Positions 54,101-59,768 of a stretch of 64,000 bases of DNA are shown here, one piece after another. The stretch is taken from positions 1,120,001-1,184,000 of the forward strand of contig OZ245002.1 in assembly GCA_965223415.1 (NCBI GenBank). The letters are read 5' to 3'. The notes beneath the pieces are model-generated. The model worked only from the letters and a program-made list of their open reading frames with translations, made no database searches and had not been told where the DNA came from. Made by a program: the position numbers and the translations under genes. The first letter of the stretch is position 1. Each line of letters opens with the position of its first letter. The DNA is from Myxococcota bacterium. GTDB taxonomy: Bacteria; Myxococcota_A; UBA9160; UBA6930.

Positions 54101-55988
54101 CGGCGACGGCACCCTCACCTACACCCACGATGGCTCCGAGACCGTCGGCGACTCCTTCTCCTACACCATCGATGACGTCTCGGGCGCCACCTCCAACGTC
54201 GCCTCCGTCACCCTGACGGTCACGCCCCAGAACGACAGCCCGATCCTCGGCAACAACGCCCTCACGATCTCCGAGGGTGGCGCGGTCATCCTCTCCAGCA
54301 CGGATCTCTCGGCCACCGACGCCGAGACCGGCGCTGGCCTCCTTCAGTTCACCGTCTCCGGCGTGACCGGCGGCCGGTTCGAGCTGGTCGGCAGCCCGGG
54401 CGTCCCGATCACCTCCTTCACCCAGGCCCAGGTCGCCGCCGGCCAGGTCCAGTTCGTCCATGACGGCGGCGAGGCGGCACCGGCCTATTCCGTCACGGTC
54501 TCGGACAGCGCCCTTATCGACGGCCCGCTCGCCGCGACCATCACTTTCACGAATGTTAACGACGTCCCCACCATCATCGACCAGCCCATGAGCGTGGACG
54601 AGAACACGCCCGCCGGGGCGCTGGTGGGCGCGGTGGCGGCCGGCGACGCGGACGCGGGCGACGCTCTCGTCTTCTCCATCACCGGCGGCAACACCGGTGG
54701 TGCGTTCGCGATCGATCCCGCCAACGGCGACCTCTTCGTCGCGGATCCCGCGCCGATCGATTTCGAGGTCAACCCGACGATCGCCCTGACGGTAACGGTC
54801 GAGGACCTGGCGGGTGCCACGGACTCGGCGACGGTCACAGTGAGCGTCCTGAACCTGAACGAGCCGCTCTCGATCACGGGACCGGGCGGCCTGAGCCTCG
54901 CACCCGGAGCCAGCCTGGTCTTCTCCACCACCGGGGGCACGTCGATCGCGATCAGCGATCCCGACGGACCGACGGCGCCGTTGGAGCTCACCCTCTCCGC
55001 GACGGGCGGCACGATGACGCTGCCGACCACCGCCGGGCTGGCGATGCTGGCGGGGACCGGTGCGGGCGACGCGACGATGACCTTCCGGGGCACGGTGGCG
55101 GCGGTGCAGACGGCACTCGAAGGCCTGGCCTTCGACTCCGACGGCAGCGCGAGCGCGGGCGTTGCCCTCGCGGCCACCGATCTCGGCCCGGGCGGCACGG
55201 CGGCCAGCGCCAACTTCGGCATCGCGGTCCAGACCGTCACGACGCCGACGCCCACGACCCCGCCGCCGGTCGATCCACCGGTGGACCCGCCGATCTCGCT
55301 CCCGCCCACCGAGATCACCGACCCGGCCGACCCCGAGGCACCGACCACGCGGAGCGGTCCGGAGAGCAGCGCCCCGGAGCCCGCTTCGCCGGCCCCGGAG
55401 CCCGTCGCCACCCCGACCAGCCTGGGACCGGCCCCTGGCTTCTCGGTTCCGAACAGGTACCAGATCGAACACGTGGAGTTCCGGCAGATCGAAGCGAACG
55501 ACGCGGAGGCGGCCCTGGTGGAAGGCACACCGCTGACACCCAGGGAGGATCTCTCGCCGCGGGAACACCGCGCCGGTGAGGTGCCGTTCGACCTCGGCCT
55601 GCTCCGCGCGAGCTTTGTCCATCCCGACTTCCTGGCCTCCCTCGATCGCATGCGCCAGGACGTGCTGGAGTCCGATCGCGAGACGTCCGGCGAACGGGAC
55701 TGGTTCGTCCCGGCGATCGAGAGCATCGCCATGGTCGCGACCACGGGCCTGCTCGCCGGCGTGCTGCGGGCCAGCTCGCTGCTGGCGGCGGCGATCTCCG
55801 CGGTGCCGCTCTGGAAGCAGGCCGACCCGCTGATGATCCTCTCGCTCTCGAAGGACGAGCGGCGGGACCTCGAGGCGAGCCTTCGCCACGAGCAGGGCCG
55901 TGAACGCGCCCTGGACGCAGTCCTCGACCGCCGGCCCCGTGCCGACGAGGCCGGGGAAGCGGAAGACGAGGAGACCCCGGAGGAGTAG
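42156..55988 (+). CDS. Giant repeat surface protein / adhesin (LEPR-XLL, DUF4347, DNRLRE-like, LamG, PKD, beta-propeller, cadherin, about 23 Ig-like repeats)
   Basis: LEPRVLLS; ELVFVD...LYGCDLA...GGDWTLE; WGDG; FGPDGHLYV repeats; LDYE/IDFE cadherin motifs; 96-aa NDAP repeats; Pro-rich linker; hydrophobic C-terminus. Confidence 0.93.
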   Translation: MSADTDPRAPARSATPAGGTRADKESAPLARRRRRQRKKAERKKVLQQPGQPALEALEPRVLLSTFTVAPEADSLEEAMSAADPATGAIEFTLNADPAAAVDEVAVESRSELVFVDTGVEDYQRLVDDLRAASPDGRTVEVFLLDTERDGVEQISEILSDHQGVDAIHVVSHGTDGAVQLGDTWLSGDTLARYETDLMGWAEALSAEADLLFYGCDLAAGASGNALVQSIAKLTGADVAASEDLTGAKALGGDWTLEVATGDVETSLAFSETLQRSWSATLETATFQQGVGGYTGTLDTEIDSANPGTTLGSSVTLEADTVNSSGGVSQGLLQFGDLFGTGPGRIPLGSTITSATLELNVTDATGASANVALHRMLTPWDESSTWNSLSGGVQFDDVEAMIAADGQVATPAATGPITVSGLESALQSWSDGAGNHGWVIDITSSNAWVVSTSEDATASLRPKLTVEYVAPNSVAVASDDSLNTTEGIPVVFDPTSNDTDADSEAVSIVEFTQPANGTVVDNGDGTLTYTPDGGFSGADTFDYLAIDAGSGLQHHWGLAGNATDSIGGADGSRIGTTTVPGNLGSGLSFDEIDDHVLLPDISYASEFTVSFDFKVDENNGSLVQYLYSHGDVNSTNSLNVFLLEGAHTTDPNMLRTVIRDGNDTLDNSALQVDIASLVGDSQWHTYTLTVGAAGAEVFIDGVLSNSASYGSDGLDPAGDVHLGARHDLDPDRFFGGSLDSVQLYSRALSSTEVSDLASRANRATAVVTVAAEPTPTVSASGSSTITAGAVYTLNLSSANLGTISGWTINWGDGTIDAVAGDPGSVDHVYTQAGMTHEITVSATDENGTFTSSRLLTASDHNSTVYLLDGSTGDIAQKLPTSPELARSTGATIGPDGNFYVASLDTDSIVRFDGSTGAFLGTFVSAGSGGLDQPMGLDFGADGNLYVASYVTHEVLRYDAATGAFIDAFVPSTAGVNGPTSVEFGPDGHLYVASWSSGMVHRFDGSTGAFIDDFADTGGAGATDVAFGPDGHLYVSSALQNRVFEFDGVNGASLDSFAVSSAYSLEFGPDGHLYVSRWGYDLIEEYDPDSNTLLGTFADAADGIDGPWGIDFTPNQQVTVLANPAPTAVNDLAAVNEGGSVIIDVAGNDSDPNNALDLSSIAVTSGPANGSLVDNGDGTLTYTHDGSETVGDSFSYTVDDVLGASSNVASVTLTVTPQNDSPSVVGLHNDELNYTEGSGTVILEQGGDVLVSDVDSADFAGGSLNVEVDSGLVATEDVFAIRNQGSGAGQIGIVGSDVTYGGVVIGSFVGGTGVTPLTVSFNSNATATAVTHLVRNITYENLDLEDPTEGARSVTVDITDGDGGTSGTQNLTVNVTAVNDQAIADLDGADGAGRDFSATFTEGTGPVGVTDADATVSDVDDSDFAGLGINLSDFLDGTSEKITIAGYTFAFGVPEVVIRTIGSTDFEIDFDGSGFTISRDISGNMPQADLQTLVRGITYENTSSDPTTGDRSFDIIPQDGGGLNGLSSTATISVVATNTAPTALDDAASVDEGASVVIDLSGNDSDPDNALDLGSIVITSGPANGTLVDNGDGTLTYTHDGSETMGDGFSYTIQDASGATSNVASVTLTVTPVNEAPTDVVFDSESTAERSLNTYGTGDQMDPAIAALPDGGFVAVWVSQGQDGDGYGIYGRRFDAASVAVGSEFLVTSEISDHETNPSVTAFADGGFAVAWQDQASGVNAWTEARVFAADGTPASGEFRLSPGLDGDHEGYQPAVVALNADEFVAVWANEVGGSTYEVVGRIYDRAGNAVSGQFSVGSLASGSGLFGAQTEVARLDDGGFAVVWRTHDGANLGTRVRVMNADGTPRSAELVLAGDDIGDVAALSSGGFVVTYDASGDLHASIFDASGVSVAGPVKVNTTSSAARYESSVARSDDGFVVAWESSAGDGSGSSVLAQRFDANGTRIDAEILVNETTTGNQVKPELVETSSGQVVAVWQSENVDADLSGIASRVVATGSASVAENAIAGARVADALGVADPDADDTHTFSLIDDAGGRFAIDSVTGEITVADGSLLDYETATSHTVTVRATDAGGLSYDEALVISLLDVDEAPSAVADAATVGEGASVTIDLAANDADPEGALDLTSIQIISGPANGTLVDNGDGTLTYTHDGSETVGDSFSYTIDDVSGAASNVASVTLTVTPQNDAPTAANDAATVDEGSSVVINLTGNDSDPDNALDLSSITITSGPANGTLVDHGDGTFTYTHDGSETVGDSFSYTIDDVSGAASNVASVTLTVTPQNDAPTATNDAATVDEGSSVVINLTGNDSDPDNALDLSSITITSGPANGTLVDHGDGTLTYTHDGSETVGDSFSYTIDDVSGATSNVASVTLTVTPQNDAPTATNDAATVDEGSSVVINLAGNDSDPDNALDLSSITITSGPANGTLVDNGDGTLTYTHDGSETVGDSFSYSIDDVSGATSNVASVTLTVTPQNDAPTATNDAATVDEGSSVVINLAGNDSDPDNALDLSSITITSGPANGTLVDNGDGTLTYTHDGSETVGDSFSYSIDDVSGATSNVASVTLTVTPQNDAPTAANDAATVDEGSSVVINLAGNDSDPDNALDLSSITITSGPTNGTLVDHGDGTFTYTHDGSETVGDSFSYSIDDVSGATSNVASVTLTVTPQNDAPTAANDAATVDEGSSVVINLTGNDSDPDNALDLSSITITSGPANGTLVDNGDGTFTYTHDGSETVGDSFSYTIDDVSGAASNVASVTLTVTPQNDAPTAANDAATVDEGSSVVINLTGNDSDPDNALDLSSITITSGPANGTLVDHGDGTFTYTHDGSETVGDSFSYTIDDVSGATSNVASVTLTVTPQNDAPTAANDAATVDEGSSVVINLTGNDSDPDNALDLSSITITSGPANGTLVDHGDGTFTYTHDGSETVGDSFSYTIDDVSGATSNVASVTLTVTPQNDAPTAANDAATVDEGSSVVINLAGNDSDPDNALDLSSITITSGPANGTLVDHGDGTLTYTHDGSETVGDSFSYTIDDVSGATSNVASVTLTVTPQNDAPTAANDAATVDEGSSVVINLAGNDSDPDNALDLSSITITSGPANGTLVDHGDGTFTYTHDGSETVGDSFSYTIDDVSGATSNVASVTLTVTPQNDAPTAANDAATVDEGSSVVINLAGNDSDPDNALDLSSITITSGPANGTLVDNGDGTLTYTHDGSETVGDSFTYTIDDVSGATSNVASVTLTVTPQNDAPTAANDAATVDEGSSVVINLAGNDSDPDNALDLSSITITSGPANGTLVDHGDGTFTYTHDGSETVGDSFSYTIDDVSGATSNVASVTLTVTPQNDAPTAANDAATVDEGSSVVINLAGNDSDPDNALDLSSITITSGPANGTLVDNGDGTLTYTHDGSETVGDSFTYTIDDVSGATSNVASVTLTVTPQNDAPTAANDAATVDEGSSVVINLAGNDSDPDNALDLSSITITSGPANGTLVDHGDGTFTYTHDGSETVGDSFSYTIDDVSGATSNVASVTLTVTPQNDAPTAANDAATVDEGSSVVINLAGNDSDPDNALDLSSITITSGPANGTLVDHGDGTLTYTHDGSETVGDSFSYTIDDVSGATSNVASVTLTVTPQNDAPTAANDAATVDEGSSVVINLAGNDSDPDNALDLSSITITSGPANGTLVDHGDGTFTYTHDGSETVGDSFSYTIDDVSGATSNVASVTLTVTPQNDAPTAANDAATVDEGSSVVINLAGNDSDPDNALDLSSITITSGPANGTLVDNGDGTLTYTHDGSETVGDSFTYTIDDVSGATSNVASVTLTVTPQNDAPTAANDAATVDEGSSVVINLAGNDSDPDNALDLSSITITSGPANGTLVDHGDGTFTYTHDGSETVGDSFSYTIDDVSGATSNVASVTLTVTPQNDAPTAANDAATVDEGSSVVINLAGNDSDPDNALDLSSITITSGPANGTLVDHGDGTLTYTHDGSETVGDSFSYTIDDVSGATSNVASVTLTVTPQNDSPILGNNALTISEGGAVILSSTDLSATDAETGAGLLQFTVSGVTGGRFELVGSPGVPITSFTQAQVAAGQVQFVHDGGEAAPAYSVTVSDSALIDGPLAATITFTNVNDVPTIIDQPMSVDENTPAGALVGAVAAGDADAGDALVFSITGGNTGGAFAIDPANGDLFVADPAPIDFEVNPTIALTVTVEDLAGATDSATVTVSVLNLNEPLSITGPGGLSLAPGASLVFSTTGGTSIAISDPDGPTAPLELTLSATGGTMTLPTTAGLAMLAGTGAGDATMTFRGTVAAVQTALEGLAFDSDGSASAGVALAATDLGPGGTAASANFGIAVQTVTTPTPTTPPPVDPPVDPPISLPPTEITDPADPEAPTTRSGPESSAPEPASPAPEPVATPTSLGPAPGFSVPNRYQIEHVEFRQIEANDAEAALVEGTPLTPREDLSPREHRAGEVPFDLGLLRASFVHPDFLASLDRMRQDVLESDRETSGERDWFVPAIESIAMVATTGLLAGVLRASSLLAAAISAVPLWKQADPLMILSLSKDERRDLEASLRHEQGRERALDAVLDRRPRADEAGEAEDEETPEE
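48471..54236 (+). repeat. Tandem array of about 20 x 288-bp units encoding 96-aa Ig/cadherin-like domains
   Basis: Exact 288-nt periodicity; 19 near-identical units from about 48759 plus one diverged first unit. Dispersed related copies near 45520 and 46760. Confidence 0.97.
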
Positions 55989-56000
55989 CCGTCGCGGCCC

Positions 56001-56170
56001 CTAGCCCTCCGCGGCGTCGGCTCCGAACCCCACCGTGCAGCGCAGGCCCGCCGGGAGTTCCCGGTCCGGATTGGCGAGGCGCAGCTGCACGCGAAAGGTG
56101 CCGCTGGCGCGGTCGATGATGCGGTCGACGATGGTCACCCGGGCGGTGCGCGGCTCATTGGGCCTGGCTC
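56001..56170 (-). pseudogene. C-terminal remnant of an RND/HlyD adaptor gene
   Basis: RTARVTIVDRIIDRASGTFRVQLRLANPDRELPAGLRCTVGF* closely parallels the end of the 33534-34535 protein; the frame is closed upstream near 56175. Confidence 0.8.
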
Positions 56171-56204
56171 GCCTTCACGTCCACGTCGCGCTGGGGGCGC
56201 AGGC

Positions 56205-56578
56205 CTGCTCGACCTGATGATGCCGCACATCGTCGGCCTCGAGATCCTCCAGGCGTGCGAGCCGACGAGGCGCTCCAGCAGGTGCCCGTCATCATCCTCA
56301 CCTCTCCACCGAACCCGAGCTGTAGCTCCAGGCCCTCGAGCTCGGCGCCAACGACTTCCTCGCCGAGCCGGTGGACCGGAGTGAGCTGGCGCTCCGGGTG
56401 CGCAACACCCTCGCCGCGCAGAGTTGGTGAACGGTACCGATTCGGCTCCGGGCGCCGCCCGGGTGGCCCGCCGGCTGCTCCCCCTGGTCGCCGCGCCGAT
56501 CTCCCTCGCCGGCCAGGAGCTCTTCATCTCCTGCAGGATCGGAATCGCCCTGGCACCCAACGTTTCCGGAAGCAGTAG
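56205..56578 (+). pseudogene. Decayed REC-GGDEF gene
   Basis: LLDLMMP, VPVIILT, ALELGANDFLAEPVD, ISCRIGIA fragments across several frames with an in-frame TAG near 56323. Confidence 0.78.
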
Positions 56579-56606
56579 GCCCGGGGCTCGATCGGAGCGA
56601 GCCGGC

Positions 56607-57743
56607 CTAGCCCCCGCTCGCCAGCCCGGGCAGCTCGATCGCGAAGCACGCGCCCCCGAGCTCGGACTTCTCGAGGCGGATGCGGCCGTGGTGCTGGTCG
56701 ATCACGAGCTTGACGATGGCGAGGCCGAGGCCGTTGCCGTTGGCCTTGCCCGCGGTGTAGAAGGGCTCGAAGATGCGCTCCCGGATCGCCGCGGCGATCC
56801 CCGGGCCCGAGTCGGCGAGGCGAAGGTGGAGGGTGGCGTCGGCGTCCTGCTGGCAGGAGAGATCGATGCGTCCGCCGTCGGGCATCGCCTCGATGGCGTT
56901 CTGCACGAGATTGCGCAGGGCGCGGGTGAGGCGATCGGTGTTTCCGCGGAAGGAGGCGCCGGTCGGAGCGGGGAGGTCCAGCTGGACGCCGCTGCGGGAG
57001 GCCAGCTCGAGGTAGGGAGCCACCGCGGCCTGCACCAGCTCGTCCAGGTCCACCTCGGCGAGCTCCCCCTCCTGGCCGGACACCCGGGAGATCTCGAGGA
57101 GCTCTTCGCACATCCCGTTCAGGTGCCGCGCTTCCTGGAGGATGCTCTCGCGAAGGGCGGCGACGTCGTCGGGTGGTGCCTGGGCCAGGCCTTCGATGAC
57201 CGAGAGCGGGCCGCGAATGTCGTGGACGACGGTGGCGATGGCCTTGCCGATCGCCGCGAGGCAGCGGGCCTGCTCGAGCTGCTCCTGGGAGACCTGGAGC
57301 TCGTCGCGGACGGTCTCGAGCTCGTGGTTCTGTTCGACGGTCACGGACACGAGCCGCCGGTTCTCTCGGGCCAGGTTGACCCGATCCAGCACGCCGCGCA
57401 CCGAGGCCTCGAGGTCCGGCGGCGCGCAGGGCTTGTGGAGATAGGCATGGACGCGGCCGTGGTTGATGGCGTCCACGGTGGCGTCCATGTCGGAGTAGCC
57501 GGTCAACAGGATGCGGCCGACGTTCTCGTCCTGGCAGGCGATCTTGCCCAGCAGCTCGACCCCGGACATGCCGGGCATGCGCTGGTCGGAAACCACCAGC
57601 TCGAAGGCCGCCGGCGCGAACCTCTGCCAGGCCTCGTCGCCGCTGGCCGCGGTCTCGATCCGGCCGATGCGGCGGAGAGAACGCACCAGCAACTCGACGG
57701 CCCGGGGCTCGTCGTCGACGACCAGGATGCGGGGCTTGTCCAC
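56607..57743 (-). CDS. Hybrid response regulator-histidine kinase (REC-HisKA-HATPase)
   Basis: ILVVDDE, SDQRMPGMSG, VHDIRGPL, NLVQNAIEA, DSGPG, GNGLGL. Confidence 0.92.
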   Translation of the reverse strand: MDKPRILVVDDEPRAVELLVRSLRRIGRIETAASGDEAWQRFAPAAFELVVSDQRMPGMSGVELLGKIACQDENVGRILLTGYSDMDATVDAINHGRVHAYLHKPCAPPDLEASVRGVLDRVNLARENRRLVSVTVEQNHELETVRDELQVSQEQLEQARCLAAIGKAIATVVHDIRGPLSVIEGLAQAPPDDVAALRESILQEARHLNGMCEELLEISRVSGQEGELAEVDLDELVQAAVAPYLELASRSGVQLDLPAPTGASFRGNTDRLTRALRNLVQNAIEAMPDGGRIDLSCQQDADATLHLRLADSGPGIAAAIRERIFEPFYTAGKANGNGLGLAIVKLVIDQHHGRIRLEKSELGGACFAIELPGLASGG

Positions 57744-57810
57744 GATCCGTCCATCGGCCGACCCGAGAGGCGACCTGAGACCGGGGAGCTCCGCGACGGC
57801 TCACCTTGTA

Positions 57811-58010
57811 CCTCTGAGCAGGCTCTTCGGGCCTGAGTGAGACTCCGAGATGGGTTCCCGGGAAAGGCCGTCGCTGCCTGAAGCCAGAGAGCTTGTCCGT
57901 TAGATGGGCCTCCCGCCCTCGTCACCCATGCCGTGGAGTATCCGAGGCCCGAGAGCCTGCGTCTACAAGGTCCGTAGGTGAATGTGCAGGGTCGGGAGAC
58001 CCGGGTCCCA
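57811..58010 (+). ncRNA. Putative bridge RNA of the IS110 element (ends approximate)
   Basis: 5' hairpin, then two internal loops whose segments match the target flank (CCGTTAG) and the donor junction (GGAGTATC, TACAAG). Confidence 0.8.
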
Positions 58011-58033
58011 GCTTATCACGGGGAGGAGAGACC

Positions 58034-59029
58034 TTGAAGAAGTGTCATTACGTGGGCGTGGACGTCGGGGCGAAGGAGCTCGTCGTCGCCATCGACCGGA
58101 ACGGAACTCGCGAGGGCGGGCTGGTCTTTGCGAACGATCCCAAGGGCCACCAGAGGCTGATTCGGTGGGCCACGAAGGGGAATGCGACGGCGCGCGTCGT
58201 CCTGGAATCGACCGGGGTGTACGGCCTCGACCTCGCGTTCGCGCTTCACCGTGCGAAGGCGTCCCAGGTGATGGTGGCGAACCCGCGGGCCATTGCCGCG
58301 TTCGCCAAGGCATCGCTTCAACGCTCCAAGACGGATGCGCTCGATGCGGAAACGATTCTCGAGTTCGGAATGCGCATGGAGTTTTCCGCCTGGACTCCGC
58401 CGGACCCCCGAATTCTGGAGGTACGGGCCCTCTCCCGCCGCGTGGAGGCTCTGAGCAAGACCGTGACGCAGGAGAAGAACCGGCTCCATGCCAACGACCA
58501 GAGCGAGGAGCTCAGTGAGTTCGTGAAGCAAGACATCCGCGAACTGATCGAGCTCCTGGAGGGGCGAATCGATCGGCTGCGCAAGCAAGCGTTGAAGGTG
58601 ATCGAGCAGAGCCCCGAGCTCGCCAGAGACTTCGGCCACATCACATCGATCAAGGGTATCGCCGACGCAGCCGGCATCCAGTTGCTCGCCGAGCTAGGCA
58701 CCTTGCCCAAGGACATGACGACCCGGCAATGGGTCGCGCATGCGGGCCTCGACCCCCGACAGTTTCAATCGGGCACCTCTGTGCACAAGCCAGCTCGCAT
58801 CAGCAAGACCGGCAACGCCCACCTTCGCCGCGCACTCTTTCTTCCTGCGATGGTCGCTGCACGCTGGGAACCGAACGTGAAGGCCTTCTACGAGAAGCTG
58901 CTCTCCAAGGGCAAAACCAAGATGCAAGCACTCGTCGCCGTCATGCGGAAGCTGCTCCACGCCATCTACGGCATGCTCCGCCACGACCAGGACTTCCTTG
59001 GCGAGAAATTCTTCGCCACGAAGGGTTGA
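58034..59029 (+). CDS. IS110-family DEDD transposase/recombinase
   Basis: GVDVG, LESTG, KTDALDA, QSGTS, ISKTGNAHLRRAL, AVMRKL; TTG start after GGAGGAG. Confidence 0.95.
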   Translation: MKKCHYVGVDVGAKELVVAIDRNGTREGGLVFANDPKGHQRLIRWATKGNATARVVLESTGVYGLDLAFALHRAKASQVMVANPRAIAAFAKASLQRSKTDALDAETILEFGMRMEFSAWTPPDPRILEVRALSRRVEALSKTVTQEKNRLHANDQSEELSEFVKQDIRELIELLEGRIDRLRKQALKVIEQSPELARDFGHITSIKGIADAAGIQLLAELGTLPKDMTTRQWVAHAGLDPRQFQSGTSVHKPARISKTGNAHLRRALFLPAMVAARWEPNVKAFYEKLLSKGKTKMQALVAVMRKLLHAIYGMLRHDQDFLGEKFFATKG

Positions 59030-59044
59030 CGACGAAGGGAGTAT

Positions 59045-59737
59045 CTAACGGGAGCCGTCGATCCAATCCCGGAGCCGCCGGGCGGCCCCCTCGCCGACGT
59101 CGTCGAAGACCACGTCGAGACCGCCGGAGCGGCCCCAGGTGGGCTCCACGACGCTCTCGACGTGCGCGGTGATCGGCAGCCGCTGGCGATTCACCACCAG
59201 CGTGAGCACGAGCTCCGTGCCTGCGGCGACGGGGCCCTCTGCCCGCAGGAAGGCCCCATCGGGTCGGAGCGACTCGATCTCCCAGGCCACGGTGGGTGCC
59301 ATGGGCTCCTCCGGGTCGACGAGCAGCGCGTGCCCGATCGGGGTGGTGACGCGTTGGGTGGACGGCACGGAGAAGCGCTCCGGGCTGTGGCGCTCCCACA
59401 CCTCGATCACGTCGCGCAGCGTGAGGGGCTTCGGCAGGTAGTCGAGGGCGCCGAGGCGATGGGCCAGGGTGGCACCGCCGGGCGTCGGCTTGGACGTGAC
59501 CAGGATCGACGGAAGCTCCGGGCGCTCGTCGCGCAACAGGTCGAAGCCGGTTCCGTCCGGGAGTACGACGTCGCTGATGAGCAGATCGACGTCGTCCCGC
59601 CTCTGGAGCTGCTCGGCGGCCTCGGCGCAGGTGCGAGCGGCGATCACCTCGTCGCAGCAGGTGTCGAGCATGCGGTGCAGGGCGTCGGAGAACACGGCCG
59701 AGTCGTCGACCAGCAGCACGGTTCCGAGCGAAGTCAT
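59045..59737 (-). CDS. Response regulator with degenerate PilZ-like C-terminal domain
   Basis: LLVDD, SDVVLPDGTG, YLPKP; C-terminal SLRPDGAFL...GTELVLTL...GLDVVF pattern. Confidence 0.7.
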   Translation of the reverse strand: MTSLGTVLLVDDSAVFSDALHRMLDTCCDEVIAARTCAEAAEQLQRRDDVDLLISDVVLPDGTGFDLLRDERPELPSILVTSKPTPGGATLAHRLGALDYLPKPLTLRDVIEVWERHSPERFSVPSTQRVTTPIGHALLVDPEEPMAPTVAWEIESLRPDGAFLRAEGPVAAGTELVLTLVVNRQRLPITAHVESVVEPTWGRSGGLDVVFDDVGEGAARRLRDWIDGSR

Positions 59738-59768
59738 CGGGGGGAGGACCTTTCTCTTCCCGCGTCCG

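Larger units (their letters stand above)
57805..59046 (+). mobile_element. IS110-family insertion sequence, IS621-like organisation, bounded by CT cores
   Basis: Long non-coding left end, DEDD recombinase, short right end TTGACG...GGAGTATCT; CT at 57805-06 and 59045-46; no terminal inverted repeats. Confidence 0.9.

Noticed and set aside
48471..54236. CRISPR-like periodicity
   Set aside because: 288-bp in-frame coding units with no unique spacers and no cas genes.
47532..55889. 2785-aa antisense ORF and many 81-82-aa periodic ORFs
   Set aside because: Shadow frames of the GC-rich coding repeat; the plus frame has coherent domains.
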